A stretch of DNA of 64,000 nucleotides from Octopus vulgaris. Its lineage: Eukaryota. The position numbers were made by a program, and so were the translations under genes. The stretch covers positions 9,982,001 to 10,046,000 of the forward strand of contig CATOCA020000001.1 of the NCBI GenBank assembly GCA_951406725.2. The letters are read 5' to 3'. Below, in pieces: positions 25,490 to 38,311 of the stretch (within the stretch, counting starts at the first letter, position 1; the number at the start of each line of letters is the position of its first letter). The notes beneath the pieces are model-generated. The model searched no databases. It was given only the letters and a program-made list of their open reading frames with translations, and was not told where the DNA came from.

Positions 25490-25880
25490 AAAGCTTTCAT
25501 TTCATTCGTTTTTATGTTCTGAGTTCAAATTCCGCTAAGGTCGACTTTGCCTTTAATTTTTTCGGGTCGATGAAATAAATACCAATTGAGCACTGGGGTT
25601 GGTGTAAACGACTTATCCCTTCCCCTGAAATTGCTGGCCTTGTGCCAAAATTTGAAACCAATATTAGACAAGGCTTTATGGTAGAGAGCTAGCGGAATCG
25701 TTACTATGCCGGACAAAATGCTTAGCAGCATTTCTTCTGACTTTACATTCTGAGATCAAATGCCACCAGGGTCGACTTTGTCTTTTACCCTTACGGGATC
25801 GATAAAATAAGTACCACTGGGGTCTATGTAATCGAACTACCCCCGCCCAAAATAGCTGCCAAAATTTGAAATCAGCATTA
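25490..25880 (+). mobile_element. Two adjacent tRNA-SINE family C copies
   Basis: TTCTGAGTTCAAATTCCGC..GGTCGACTTTGCCTTT..GTCGATAAAATAAGTACCA core present twice. Confidence 0.75.
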
Positions 25881-26664
25881 TTCAAAGATTTAAAGATTCT
25901 TGTAAGTTCCAGAATTTCACAAAATAATTGTAGCAAAGAAAGCACATACCTAGATACAGCCAATATAATCTATCAGTGATTCTGTTGGTTTCAGGCTAAT
26001 ACTATTTATTCAATTTTATGATTACTGTAGAGCTATATATCTTGCTAGTACATGATGGTCATCCTGGGATTTCACTCATCACAGACTATGTAACACGGTC
26101 TCTCTTCTCTCATTTCTACCACGTCATTCCACAGGTTAAGCATCTAAATTGTTCCTCCCAGAGGCTGAGCTTTATTAGTTTTAAGACAAGACCAACTGGT
26201 GGAATCACTCAAATCTGTGCATATGTAGGAAAATATACATAAATCCATTGCTGCCGCTGTTGCTACTGATGTCTATGGTGGCGAAATATTAGCAACTAAT
26301 TCCCCCATTCAACTTGAACTAACAACTTGGCTCCTTAATTCTGCATCACTTACACCGTTCCAACTAATCTTGTATTGAATAATCATAAAAACAAGAAATT
26401 ATTGTAAATAAAAACAGATGCAGGAATATTGTTTTTATATCTGAACTCTAGTTAGAAAATATTTGAAATTAGTTTTGAGGATAGGGGTCAGGAGTAAATA
26501 ATAGATTTCTCCCCCAAATGCAAGACACCATTTATCCTTCTTTCACTAAATTATGAGTTCAAATCACGACCAGTTCGAAGGTTTCTTATATTCCTCTGAG
26601 ACTGATGAAATTCTCCTCAGAATGAATAAACTCGACTGACAATATTTAACATTTATTTTTTCAG

Positions 26665-26807
26665 TTCTTCCAGAACGATGGGGCATCCAGAAATGGCATC
26701 AAGTCAAAACCTGTCATCACAAAAGTGTTCACCGTTTACTGGTATCTGGCAAGAACCAGACATGTCTCAATGTTACAATGCAGAACAGAGCAAAGGCATT
26801 GATGATG
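26665..26807 (+). CDS. Adhesion-GPCR-like gene, exon e: HRM domain, second half
   Basis: TTTTTTCAG|..|GTGAGC. The split Cys codon TG+T completes ATRHC. Encodes ..KCSPFTGIWQEPDMSQCYNAEQSKGIDD. Confidence 0.85.
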
Positions 26808-27032
26808 GTGAGCGAGCAAATTATTTTTAAATGACTTTTACAGTAGTAGAAGTAGCAGGATGAGAAGAAGTAATTTTTGTGAGTGACTTTCTGTCTGTTT
26901 AAATACGACCACTCTGGTGGGGGTGGGGGTGGTGAGTGTGTATGTGTATGTCTTTCTATGTCTGTTCCATTATGACTGTCCTGTGTGTGTGTGTGTTTGT
27001 AATTACAATGATTTATCAAAAGGTAATGCAAC

Positions 27033-27261
27033 CTATTCTCCCGTTTGAGTCCTCCAGGAATGTGTCCATCTCGTTCAACGGCAAATCATTTGACTCATTT
27101 ATGGAAACGTTATTAAAGAATTTATTACTTTGGAGGGTTGAGTTCATTATTGTAATATCGTTAAAAGCACGTTTTCGTAAACATTCTGTAGACAGGCTGA
27201 GTAGATAGAGAAGCAGAAATAACAACAGGGATATTACTGGTACATACCTCTTTGCATACAT
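27033..27261 (-). CDS. Candidate first coding exon of a secreted or membrane protein (signal peptide + RKR)
   Basis: True ATG. MYAKRYVPVISLLLFLLLYLLSLSTECLRKR followed by several N-x-S/T sequons. Possible AG|GTTGCA donor, phase 1. Confidence 0.5.
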
Positions 27262-27467
27262 TACGTTGGAGCGGTGCTTGTAGAATCTTCAAATATTCAA
27301 TGACATACCCTACATATCTGTTTGTCATAGAATATAAGCAATTTATTTCTCTCAAATGTTACTATGGCACTGTCAAATTGAATAGATTTTCATATGCATT
27401 TAGTGATGTGATGATTTCAATTTCTCATTAGACCATTATGAAAACTTATCACTATTAATCCTTAAAT

Positions 27468-27685
27468 TAGGCGGTAAGCTGGCAGAATCGTTAGCAGAGC
27501 GGGAGAAATGCTTTGCAGTACTTCGTCTGTCTTTACGTTCTGAGTTCAAATTCCGCCAAGATTGACTTTGCTTTTCATAATTTCTGTGTCGATAAAATAA
27601 GCGCAAGTTGAGCTCTGGGTCAATGCAATCAACTTAACCCCTACACCGAATCGGCTGGTCACGTACCAATGTCTGAAACCTGTAT
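27468..27685 (+). mobile_element. tRNA-SINE family C
   Basis: GGCGGTAAGCTGGCAGAATCGTTAGC..GAGTTCAAATTCCGCC head plus core. Confidence 0.8.
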
Positions 27686-27904
27686 TATTCCGTTTATTAT
27701 GCTCTTTTATTTAGACGATTTTTTTCATTTCATGTTCATTTCATTCATCGTTTACAATGCCCTCTCCCCCCCACACACACTCCCTCTCTCTCTCTCACTC
27801 ACACTCACACTCACACACAGATGGAATCAAACACCACGACATGAAGGAAAAGAGAAAAAGAGAGCACTTTTGGCGAGTGAGCAAAATATTGGTTTGAAAG
27901 CTGG

Positions 27905-28740
27905 AAAACTGAAGTGGACAGAGAAGCTAAAGGAGATGGACAGGAAGTCAAGAAAGGTCCTAACGATGTATGGAGCCCATCATCCACGTGCAGACCTCGA
28001 TCGCCGATACACGAAGAGAGCGAATGGAAGAAAGGGACTGATAAGTGTGGGAAACTGCGTGCGTTTCGAACTCGAAGGCTTAATGAGATACCGAACCCAA
28101 AGTAAGGAGACCTTGTTAGTGACAGTTAGGAATGAGGGAGTATTGAAAGCAGGAAAAACGAAGGAAGAAACACAAAAAGAAATGAAGAAGAATGGCGCAA
28201 GAAGGGAGAACACAATGAATTTCCATATAACAAAAAATAGGTGGGATTGGCTGATGAAAGGAATTCTAAAGAAAGAGACCGAGAACACTATATTGGCAGC
28301 GCAAGAGTAAGCTTTGGCCACAAACTGGAGGGTCGACATTAGAATGAGCAAGTGTCCAGGAACTCCCACAATGCAAGCCTCAAGGAACTCCTACAAAACC
28401 TCTGATAAAGAGAAATAATAATCAAAATAAATAAATTTGACAAAAACTAATAAGTTGCTGAAAATATGTGGAGCTCAACATCCGAAAGCAGATATCAACC
28501 AACTGTAATTAAGGAAAGACCAGACTGGGAGATGCTTAATAGCAGTAGAAGAACGTATTGAGATGGAAAAAAAAGCTTAGCCGAGTATTTACAATGTGGC
28601 ACAGAAAAACTACTAAAGACTGAATAAAAAGGCAGGTAAAAGCAGACTTCTCTTGCTATAATTCTAATGAAAAGGCCTGAAAGTGTGAAAAGTGCAGAAA
28701 CTGTGTCCAAAAAGCCTAAATTAAGCGACGCGAGAGAGAA
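27905..28740 (+). mobile_element. R4/Dong-type LINE fragments (post-RT region), degenerate
   Basis: LKEMDRKSRKVLTMYGAHHPRADLDRRY..GRKGLISV and WDWLMKGILKKETENTILAAQE. Confidence 0.8.
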
Positions 28741-28744
28741 AAGG

Positions 28745-29030
28745 CCCCAGTACTTATTCTTTGTAAGCCTAGTATTTATTCTATCGGTCTCTTTTGCCGA
28801 ACCGCTAGGTTACAGGGTCGTAAACACACCAGCATCGGTTGTCAAGCGATGTTGGAGGGGTGGGGGACAAAAACAGACACAAACATATACACACATACAC
28901 ACACATAGATATATATATACATATACATATATACGACAGGCTTCTTTCAGTTTCCGTCTACCAAATCCACTCACAAGGTTTTGGTCGGTCCGAGGCTTAA
29001 GTAGAAGACACTTGCCCAAGGTACCACGCA
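28745..29030 (-). mobile_element. tRNA-SINE family A, internal part
   Basis: Reverse complement of about 29447-29730. Confidence 0.85.
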
Positions 29031-29336
29031 GGTTCTTCCTGAAATTTCAATTGAAAGCGATTCTCCTTCCAAACGCTAATATCCCTCTTCCTTGCACACA
29101 TTGTATCCCTCGTACACAGGGTAATCAAATTAATAAAAACCGCTTTAGATATTTCTCTTGCGTTCTATTTTACTGTGCTTTTATTATTGTCATTTTCCTT
29201 GTAACTGTAGGCTTTTTGTTTCGAAACCCATAAAAATGGCCATTGGATGGTTTTGTGTTGCTGGAAAGGAACAATCATATTCTAATACATATGTCTGCAT
29301 GTGTGGGCATGGTTGCATATATATATGTATATATGT

Positions 29337-29373
<37 letters not shown>

Positions 29374-29383
29374 TATATATATA

Positions 29384-29816
29384 TGCGTAGTAGTGGGTGT
29401 GTGGTAAGTAGATTGCTTACGAACCATATGGTCCCGGGTTCAGTCCCACTGCGTGGTACCTTGGGCAAGTGTCTTCTGCTATAACCTCAGGCCGACCAAA
29501 GCCTTGTGAGTGGATTTGGTAGACGGAAACTGAAAGAAGCCTGTCGTATATATGTATATGTATATATATCTATGTGTGTGCATGTGTGTATATGTTTGTG
29601 TCTGTTTTTATCCCCCCTCCAACATCGCTTGACAACCGATGCTGGTGTCTTTACGACCCTGTAACTTAGCGGTTCGGCAAAAGAGACCGATAGAATAAAT
29701 ACTAGGCTTACAAAGAATAAGTACTGGGGTTGACTTGCTCGACTAAACGCGGTGTTCCAGCATGGCAACAGTCAAATGACTGAAACAAGTAAAAGAGTAA
29801 AAAGAGTAAAGAGTAT
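29384..29816 (+). mobile_element. tRNA-SINE family A, full length
   Basis: Head, core and AAGAGTAA-repeat tail. Confidence 0.9.
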
Positions 29817-30270
29817 ATATGAATCTTTAGTCAAATATATTCAATGAGAATATTACATACTGAATATATATTGAGTGCTCTATTGTATCAAAGTATTAAT
29901 ATTATTAAGGTATTTATATATTTAATGCGAGCGATTATATATATTTTTAAATAATATGTTATTATTAATATTAAGAATTCAATATCAGAAAACTTCACAG
30001 AAAGATATACACGTGTGAAAAAAAATGGTTGTATTAAAAATATATAAATAAATAAATATAAATATTTATAAAAATATATGTATATATGTATACGTATAAA
30101 TATATAATGTATATGACAGTTTATAAGTTTTGAATTAAATATTTAAACCTTTTTTACGATCGTTTCACAGAAGTGCTGTCCCTATAATGAAATCCTATAT
30201 TGGATACGTGTACGTGCACATAGATGCAAATAAATGTTTCTAAATGTATATTTATATGTATATATATATA

Positions 30271-30360
<90 letters not shown>

Positions 30361-30499
30361 TATATATAATATAAATATATATATATATATATATATGTTT
30401 ACTTATGTATGTACATATGAATATAAACTTATATATATATATATATGTTACGTATGTATGCAAATGTGGGCTGATTTGCATATATATATATATATAAAT

Positions 30500-31175
30500 A
30501 GATGAGTGTATTTTTACCTTGTTAACGATTAACACGGAAAAAATAAATAAATAGTTACCAGGGTAGCAAAAATCTCTCAAGTAAAGAGGTTGTAACTCCT
30601 TGTTTATAAAGGTAGAAACTTCGTGTTTACGTTGAATATTTTGAATAATATATGAATAAGTAAATGGAGTTTAACGCAGGTGTAATCAAATATTTTTACT
30701 TTCGACACATGTTTCGACAATTCCACTGTTACTATTCAAAAGAATAAATGAAAGAATGCAATCTTCTCTTCAGGAAGGTGAAAAAAGCGAAACTTGTCAA
30801 TAAGACATTTTAGCAAAAAATGATGGATTTGTAGAGTGATAGACAGCACGCTATTAATATTGTTAAAAAAAACGTTATATGATATAACGTCATAAGTAGC
30901 TAATAGAAAGAGTAGGGATACCCATAGTGAATGTTAAATATAAAAGAAATTAAAGTTTGAATTATATATAATTATAGAGACTACTTATATGCACTAAATG
31001 TACGTTTCTGCCAATGCTTACATCTGTATGCTCGCTCTATAACCGTGCTTACTAGAGTATTTTTAGAAAAATAATGAAAAATAGCTCAGAATTGCAGAGA
31101 AGACAGAATTTCTTGCCTTTGTCATATGGTATCGAAATTGAGAGAATCAACCATTCTAACTGAAATTGTTCATAT
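30500..31175 (-). mobile_element. 5'-truncated Naiad-type Penelope element (end of GIY-YIG domain + 3' region with hammerhead)
   Basis: [26 protein letters not shown] and, after a frameshift, RCKHWQK align with LNWEIVRRAIPYKNSRVGCQLCSME..CVHAK of the 4775-7615 ORF. TA-rich flanks. Confidence 0.8.
30694..30784 (-). ncRNA. Type I hammerhead ribozyme
   Basis: TTTTCACCTTC CTGAAGA GAAGATT..AATTGTC GAA ACA-tg-TGT C | GAAAGTAAAA. Confidence 0.75.
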
Positions 31176-31197
31176 ATATACATATATATATATATAT

Positions 31198-31256
<59 letters not shown>

Positions 31257-31491
31257 TACATGGAACTGTGTATGTGTACAAACATGCATTTATATATGTG
31301 TTTATACATGTAGATGCAGATGTATTAATGTGAGTCTGTATGTTCGTATATATATATATTTATTTATAGTATGTTTAAGTGTATATGTGATTATGAATGT
31401 ATATTTTTATCTACGTATGTGGGTTTTATGTGCATCTATGACGTGTGTCTCACTTATAAATACAGCAATTATTTTCTATATCAATCCATAG

Positions 31492-31574
31492 GCTGGACCA
31501 AATCCTTCGCATTTCGTTTGATTTTAAAATCTTTCAACGAATATAAAAAACCTGCTGAGAACATATCAAGAGCC
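31492..31574 (+). CDS. Adhesion-GPCR-like gene, copy 2, exon a
   Basis: WTKSFAFRLILKSFNEYKKPAENISRA, both splice sites intact. Confidence 0.6.
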
Positions 31575-31935
31575 GTGAGTAGATATCTGTCCTCTCTTTC
31601 TCCGAACACACACACACACGCGCGCGCTGAACACGCGCGCACATGCATACACTCACACACACACACACATGCATATTTTATACAAGAAATGCAAAACGTC
31701 AATTTAAATAGTGAGTGAGCTCAATACGTTTCGTAGATAGTGATATCGATTTTGTTAAATGATAACAGGTATTTTAAAGTTTAGCCTGATCAGCTTAAAC
31801 ACATAAATACATACATATGTAAAATTATTTCCTTATCTGTATCTTTTTATACTTCTCAAAGCTTTTAAATCAAACTTTGTTTCTTGAATTTAATGTATGC
31901 ATATATATATATATATACACATCTGGCTTTTGCAG

Positions 31936-31988
31936 ATGGAACATGAGTTTTTAACCGTGGATGGAAAATTCCGTGTTGAATATCCTGG
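31936..31988 (+). CDS. Adhesion-GPCR-like gene, copy 2, exon b
   Basis: MEHEFLTVDGKFRVEYP, TTTTGCAG|..|GTAAGC. Confidence 0.6.
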
Positions 31989-32201
31989 GTAAGCAAAAGC
32001 TTCTAACACATTTATTCAAATTTATTTTGTTTTGTTCCAAACATTCAATTTTATCGCATGTATTAGACGTCACTATAATCAACAGTGTTGTACTTGTGAC
32101 CCACAATATACTAATTCGTACCTTCGACGAAATTCTTAAGTGTTTTATCAATGTTTTATTATACAAAGGACAAACAAACCCATATAAAGATAAAGAGAGA
32201 A

Positions 32202-32244
<43 letters not shown>

Positions 32245-32264
32245 CTAATAATAATTTAACATTA

Positions 32265-35200
32265 CTAGAAAAGGTAGTGGGTAGCGAACTTCTTCACTAC
32301 TTCAGGGAGTGACGACCCTGCCTGACACGAGTTCCGGGCTCCGGCTGACAGTACCCGGTATGGGCCCCTATCCAGGGTTACGGAACGGAAACAACCTTCA
32401 AAGAAATCCGGAGTGGAGCGCCGAAGGCGGTCTAGTGTTCGACTCGACACTCTCTCCGGCAGCTCCTGTAACCAAGCTGGTGCCAAACGTAATGCACTGC
32501 ACTCCTTTGGACTACATCAGCAAGGTCGAGAGAGGAAACCTGACGATTGGGCTACCCAGGACTTTCTTATCTATAGCCCAGGCTTGCGCAAAACTGGAGA
32601 GGACACTTCAGTGCTGCTGTAAAAAGCTGTAGAAACAACACGGGAGGTAACAGTCACGAGTGATAAGTCTATTCAGATTGGCGTAAAATATGGGCGCTAC
32701 GGGTTACCTCTGACGGTGGGAGGGACCTCCGTGTCCTATTGGTTAGCTACTGCCCACCTCAAGCTGGGCAGCCCCCAGTTAATAAGGTGCTGACCCGCCA
32801 CAGGTCGCCTGCTTCATTGGGTGCTTGAAGCTAAAAGTATGACTTGAAAAGCGGCCTGCAACCTCTGCACCAGGCAAACAACTAAAAGTCAAGAAAACAC
32901 CAGTTGTGCGGTTGGCAAGTTGGAATGTCAGGACCATGTGCCCTGGAATATCTGATGATCTACTCAGGGTTGAAGACACAAGGAAAACGGCCATCATTGA
33001 CCGTGAACTAAAGAGGCTCAACATAGATATTGCTGGGCTGCAGGAGACAAGTCTCCCCTCGAACGGCAAACTCAAAGAGCAGGATTTCACCTCCTTTTGA
33101 CAGGAAGCGATCCAGAAGAACCTCGTCAGCATGGCGTTGGCTTTTAGTGAGAAACTAATTACTCTCCTCAATAGAACCACCATCAGGAGGCACTGAGCGT
33201 ATCCCCTCACTGCGCCATTCGACTTCTTCTGGCTCAGTACATCTACTCAGCATCTCTACTCTCACTCTCTACAGCTCAGAGGAGACCAAGTACCAGTTCT
33301 ACAAAGATCTCAACTGTGTCATAGAAAATATACCAACGACTGAAAATATCTACCTTCTGGGGGATTTTAACGCTCGCGTGGGATCTGACCATGATTCGTG
33401 GCCCATTTGTGTTGGACACTTTGGTATTGGCAACATGAATGACAATGGTCAGAGACTACTCGTATTCTGCACATACCACAACCTGTGCATCACAAACACA
33501 TTCTTTACCAACAAGCCTTCCCACAAGGCATCTTGGAGACATCCAAGATCTCACCACTGCTCATCAGCTGGATCTCATCATTACACGGAGATCCTTTCTG
33601 AATTCTACTCTATTGACCCGCAGTTACCACAGCGCGGATTGTGACACAGACCACTCACTAATTAGAAGTAGGGTGAGGATTCTGCCTAAAAAAGTCCATC
33701 GCTTCAAGAAAGTGGGCCGACCACGCATTAACACTGCCAGAACCTCGGAACCTACACTGCGAAAATGTTTTGCTGCTTCTATCAAAGTTGCCCTCAGTAG
33801 CTGCCCAACCTCCTCTGCTGAAAGTAGGTGGAACTATATCAGGGAAGCTTTGTATACGACATCAATAGATACTTTCGGCATGAGAGAAAGGCAAAACCCA
33901 GATTGGTTCAATGCTGGGCTCTCAGAGCTGGAGCCAGTTATCGAAGCAAAGTGTGCAGCTCTGATGCAATACAAGAGTGAATCTTCTACAAAGTCCCTCG
34001 AAGAACTCAGAAAGACACGAAATAAAACCCAACTGACAGCCAGACGCTGTGCAAATGGGTATTGGCAGGAAATCTGTCAGAGTATCCAGTCAGCTGCTGA
34101 CAGTGGCGACACCTGTGGGATGTATGCCGGTTTGAAGAAGGCCCTCGGTCCATCCGCAACCAAGTCAGCCCCTCTGGAGATCTCATCACGGATCAAGGCA
34201 AGCAAATGGATAGATGGGTGGAGCACTACCAGGATCTCTACTCACGGGAGACTACAGTGGCTGAGGCTGCAGTCGAGAGTCTCAAGATCTTGCCAGTCAT
34301 GTGCGAACTTGACAGTCCGCCATCTATAGCAGAGCTCACCAAGGCTGTTAACTCCCTAGCAAGAACTAAGTCTCCGGGAAAAGACGGCACCCCCTCAGAT
34401 ATCATCAATGCCGGTAAAAACCCCATCCTGCTTCGGCATCTTCATGAGCTTCTGTGTCAGTGCTGGGAAGAGGGTACAGTCCCTCAGGATATGCGGGATG
34501 CTAACACCATTACGCTTTACAAAAACAAAGGTGACCGTGGTGATTGTAACAATTACCGTGGTATATCTCTTCTAAGCACTGTTAGAAAAACCTTTGCCCG
34601 CGTTATCCTGGCCAGGCTACAACTACTTGCTTCTCGTATCTATCCGGAATCGCAGTGTGGCTTTAGAAGAAGCAGATCAACTATCGATATGATATTCTCC
34701 GTACGCCAACTTCAGGAGAAGTCCAGAGAGCAGAAAATACCATTATATATGGCCTTCATTGATCTAACAAAGGCTTTTGACTCGGTAAGCAGAACAGGCC
34801 TCTTAATCCTGCTCCAAAAAATCGGATGTCCACCAAAGCTGCTGAGGATCATCAAGTCTTTCCATGATGACATGCAAAGCACCATACAGCACAACGGTTC
34901 AACATCAGCCGCCTTCCAAATAAAAAACGGGGTAAAGCAAGGTTGTGTCCTCGCTCCTACATTTTTTGGCATCTTCTTCTCGCTCTTACTCTCACAAGCC
35001 TTTCAGACATCAGATGATGGAGTGTTTCTGCACAGTAGAAGTGACGGGAAACTGTTCAATCTCTCGCGCCTGTGTGCCAAGACCAAAATCAGAAACGTCC
35101 TGATCAAGGAGATGCTATTTGCTGATGATGCCGCTCTGGTATCACACACAGAAGAAGCCCTCCAAAGGTTCATTGACTGTTTTGAGCAAGCATGTAACGA

Positions 35201-35629
35201 CTTTGGCTTAGCTATCATCCTTAAGAAGACCAACATCATGGGTCAGGCTACATAGGACATCCCAAACATACATATTGGAGACCACAGATTACAAGAGGTG
35301 GAGAAGTTTACCTATCTGGGCTCTATCGTCACCTACAACCTATCCCTTGACGCTGAGCTCAATATACGCATTGGAAAGGCAGCTGCTGCGATGGCCCAAC
35401 TCTCCAAACGGGCTTGGGACAACAATAAGCTGATGAAGACCACGAAAATGAAGATCTACCAGGCATGTGTACTCAGCACTCTACTGTATGGAAGTGAGAC
35501 TTGGACGCTATACACACACCAAGAGCCTCACCTAAACATCTTTCACCTGCGCTGCCTCCGAAAAATCCTCCGCATCAAATGGCAGAATCATATCCCCAAC
35601 AAAGATGTCCTCAGGCAAGCAGGAATACG
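32265..35629 (+). mobile_element. RTE-clade LINE (second family): 5'UTR + APE + RT, disrupted, 3' end deleted
   Basis: LASWNVRTM, DIAGLQET, LDLIITRR..DCDTDHSL, NYRGISLLS, FIDLTKAFDSV, GVKQGCVLAP, LFADD, FTYLGS. Confidence 0.93.
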
Positions 35630-36130
35630 GTAAGCCAGATGGATTAGATTAGCATGGTAATTTCTTATAAGAAGTTAATACTCATCAGCAATGCTCACTC
35701 CATTACGGCTGGTGGAGGTTAGCTCACGCCTGTCAATATCTTTCAGAATGACATAAAAATGAGTGATTGATTTCACAAAATGGCAATGTGAAGATTATAA
35801 AATAATTAAGGTGGCTAATACGCAATTTAAAACCAACCAGGAAATTACCAATATATATATATATATATAAAATGTATATAAAAATTTATACACGGAGGGA
35901 AGACCACCATGTGGATTTCTTACATGCTAAAGAGGGAAAGCCACGGTACTGGACGAATATGTTCTTAACACTAACTTTTAGTCACCCGCTTGTAGTTCTA
36001 GCCTTCTTCACTAATTCTGTTCTCAACCATACTGAATGCGGTTATTTTACCTATGATGATCCAATCCTAAGCTATATTTGAATATAGAAATAATTGAAAC
36101 AAAACAATTAATCTCTTTAAGTGTTCAAAG

Positions 36131-36204
36131 TCAACTGCGGCGCAATATCTCCCAAGTTTTGAACAAATTCCAGGCATTGCTCAACATGAATTTGCTTGAT
36201 GAAA
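36131..36204 (+). CDS. Adhesion-GPCR-like gene, copy 2, shortened exon c
   Basis: Original acceptor lost. CAAAG| keeps phase 2. In-frame 21-nt deletion. GTAAGT donor kept. Confidence 0.4.
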
Positions 36205-37104
36205 GTAAGTATCGTGTTTCTTCATTTTTCTAACACAATTACCGTCATAATTAGCTTCATCAATCACCATACCATCCTCTTCGTCGTTGTCGTCATCATC
36301 AACCACAACGGATGATACCTTAGGACACCCACGCGTGCACGCAAGCGCACAGACTCTCCCCCCTCTCTCTCATACATACAACTATTCATTTACATTTTCT
36401 CAAAGCTTGGATAATTTCAATAAATCAACATTTTATTTTGCGCTTTTCCGTTTCTTGTCCCTACGGAACTGTTTGTCTTTGCTCAGTTTCTTTTTAATTA
36501 TAGCAATTATCCGAGGGCAAAAATGTTTTCTCCTTATTTTGTATAGAAGTAGAAGATGCAGACTCTACTGGGCAGAATAATTCACACAATTCCAGTATTT
36601 GCTTTAATTCAAACAGGAAAAATATTTAGTGCTGCAAATAATTTTCCTCGGCGAAAATTCATTTTGTTCGAAGTGATCATATTAATTTTTGAATTAGGAT
36701 CGATAGATACACACACAGCTCATACGCTTTAACTCATCTCTAAGAGATATAAAAGAGGAATAAATCACATCCCATTGCCGAACAATGATATAATATTTTT
36801 CACTCCGTTTCCATTCATTTCATTTTACCACTCCCAAATCAATATAAAGTCTATTTCCAGCATAAAAGAGGTTTATGCACATCCGGTCAGTATGTCTAGG
36901 TAGTGGTCAATATTGTGGAAATGCAACAATAGAGGCCGCGAAACAGACAGTAGCATTTTTACTAGTCAAATCCCGTAACAAATTATATATTGCTCGGGAA
37001 AATGTAAAAATATATATACATATACACACACATATTTCGGGATGGTCATTTTATTTATTATTTTAAAAAATATAAATCAATAAATATATGAGTGCATATA
37101 TATA

Positions 37105-37300
37105 TTGTGTGCCCAGGTAGAGTATACGGGGATCTCTACGTACAACAGTGTTCGGGCAAACAGATCACATTGGCATAATTTGAAGAATGCTGTCAAAGTA
37201 GTTTCTCATGGATTCAGTTCTACGTTTCGAGCATTGTCTTCTGTGAAATATACACGCTGGCCATTTTCAAGATGTGCAGATAGATTTTAAGAAAGTGTTT
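37105..37300 (-). mobile_element. Helitron RepHel fragment
   Basis: LSAHLENGQRVYFTEDNA..TTLTAFFKLC..ARTLLYVEIP on the minus strand. Confidence 0.8.
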
Positions 37301-37635
37301 CTACATGTAAACAGGATGTGACCTTTGTGTTGACAGTGTATTTGTCTAAAAGAACAGTTCTTCCATCAGCGCTTGTCAATTGGCTGAAGTAACATGAAAG
37401 GCATCGTCATTCATGGTATATTCGTGAATAAGTCACAAACTGAAATACGTTGATCTATTGTTTAGGGAAATATTATTTACTTGTTTAAGGGTTGTACTGG
37501 ATACATAGCGAAAACAGCTCTAACAGTTCGAATAGTAAGAAATAAACATATATATATATATATACAAATTAATACTATCCGGTAATTAATGTGCTTAAAC
37601 TTTTATATTTTATGTTTTTTTCATTATGTTTCCAG

Positions 37636-37688
37636 GTTCAAGTACTGGTAATGGAACAGAGGATAGAACAGCAGAAACAAACTTTTGA
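37636..37688 (+). CDS. Candidate terminal coding exon (SSTGNGTEDRTAETNF*)
   Basis: Strong polypyrimidine tract + TTTCCAG acceptor. Phase 1, compatible with exon e or with copy-2 exon c. Ends in a T-x-F class I PDZ-like motif. Confidence 0.5.
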
Positions 37689-37744
37689 GTGAAAATCGAA
37701 AAAGAGCCTCCAAGAATCGTCTTTGATGATATTTTATGCTATAA

Positions 37745-37865
37745 AACGATATTTTCTGCATATATAATACAAAATAAAATTTTCTCCATATATAATATAA
37801 AATTATATTTTCTCCATATATAATATGAAATAATATTTTCTCCATATATAATATAAAATATTCTT
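37745..37865. repeat. Minisatellite, about 29-bp unit, 4 copies
   Basis: ATTTTCTCCATATATAATATAAAAT repeated. Confidence 0.8.
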
Positions 37866-38311
37866 TCCTTGTAACGACACTATAATTGTACGTTTGAATA
37901 CAACACTATGCATGCAAGAGACTGTATAATCCACCATGATGTAATTTAAACGAGTTTCAGGGCCTCACTATGGCTTGAAACAGAAAATATTGCATGATTT
38001 GAAATTATATTGATATTCTATCTTCTTGCCAATTTAATGTTATCAATGTAAGCTTTAGAATTGTTAAATAAAGGGTTAAATCTGATCTGTTGCTACCGTT
38101 CGTTTTCTAGATGAAATACTGTAATACCGCAGACTAAGACCAAATACCACCGGAAGAGGCATTGATTCCATTTGTTATTTTAAACATTCCACTAAAATGT
38201 TAAAACTCGCAAAATGTATCATGTTGATTAGATTTACGATCATTTATCTAATTAGTATTATCAGGTCATTCAACTGTCATTGTTCAAGTAATCAACATTT
38301 CACAAACAGCT

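Larger units (their letters stand above)
31360..37040 (+). repeat. Segmental duplication of about 20050-24560, with different TE content
   Basis: Colinear blocks 20050-20430/31370-31715, 21140-21560/31820-32210, 22259-22475/35629-35846, 22990-23125/35950-36085, 23605-24530/36128-37020. Confidence 0.9.

Noticed and set aside
30148-30185. Minus-strand GAAACGATCGTAAAAAGG half hammerhead
   Set aside because: No CTGANGA box upstream. Probably a 5'-truncated remnant, so not called.
32265-32420. HDV-like ribozyme at the RTE 5' end
   Set aside because: Known in some RTE elements, but I could not fit the nested double pseudoknot by eye. Needs a motif search.
36860-36960. Possible EGF-like exon (KRGLCTSGQYV*GSGQYCGN) and its paralog at 24365-24470
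   Set aside because: In-frame stops in both copies and no convincing splice donor.
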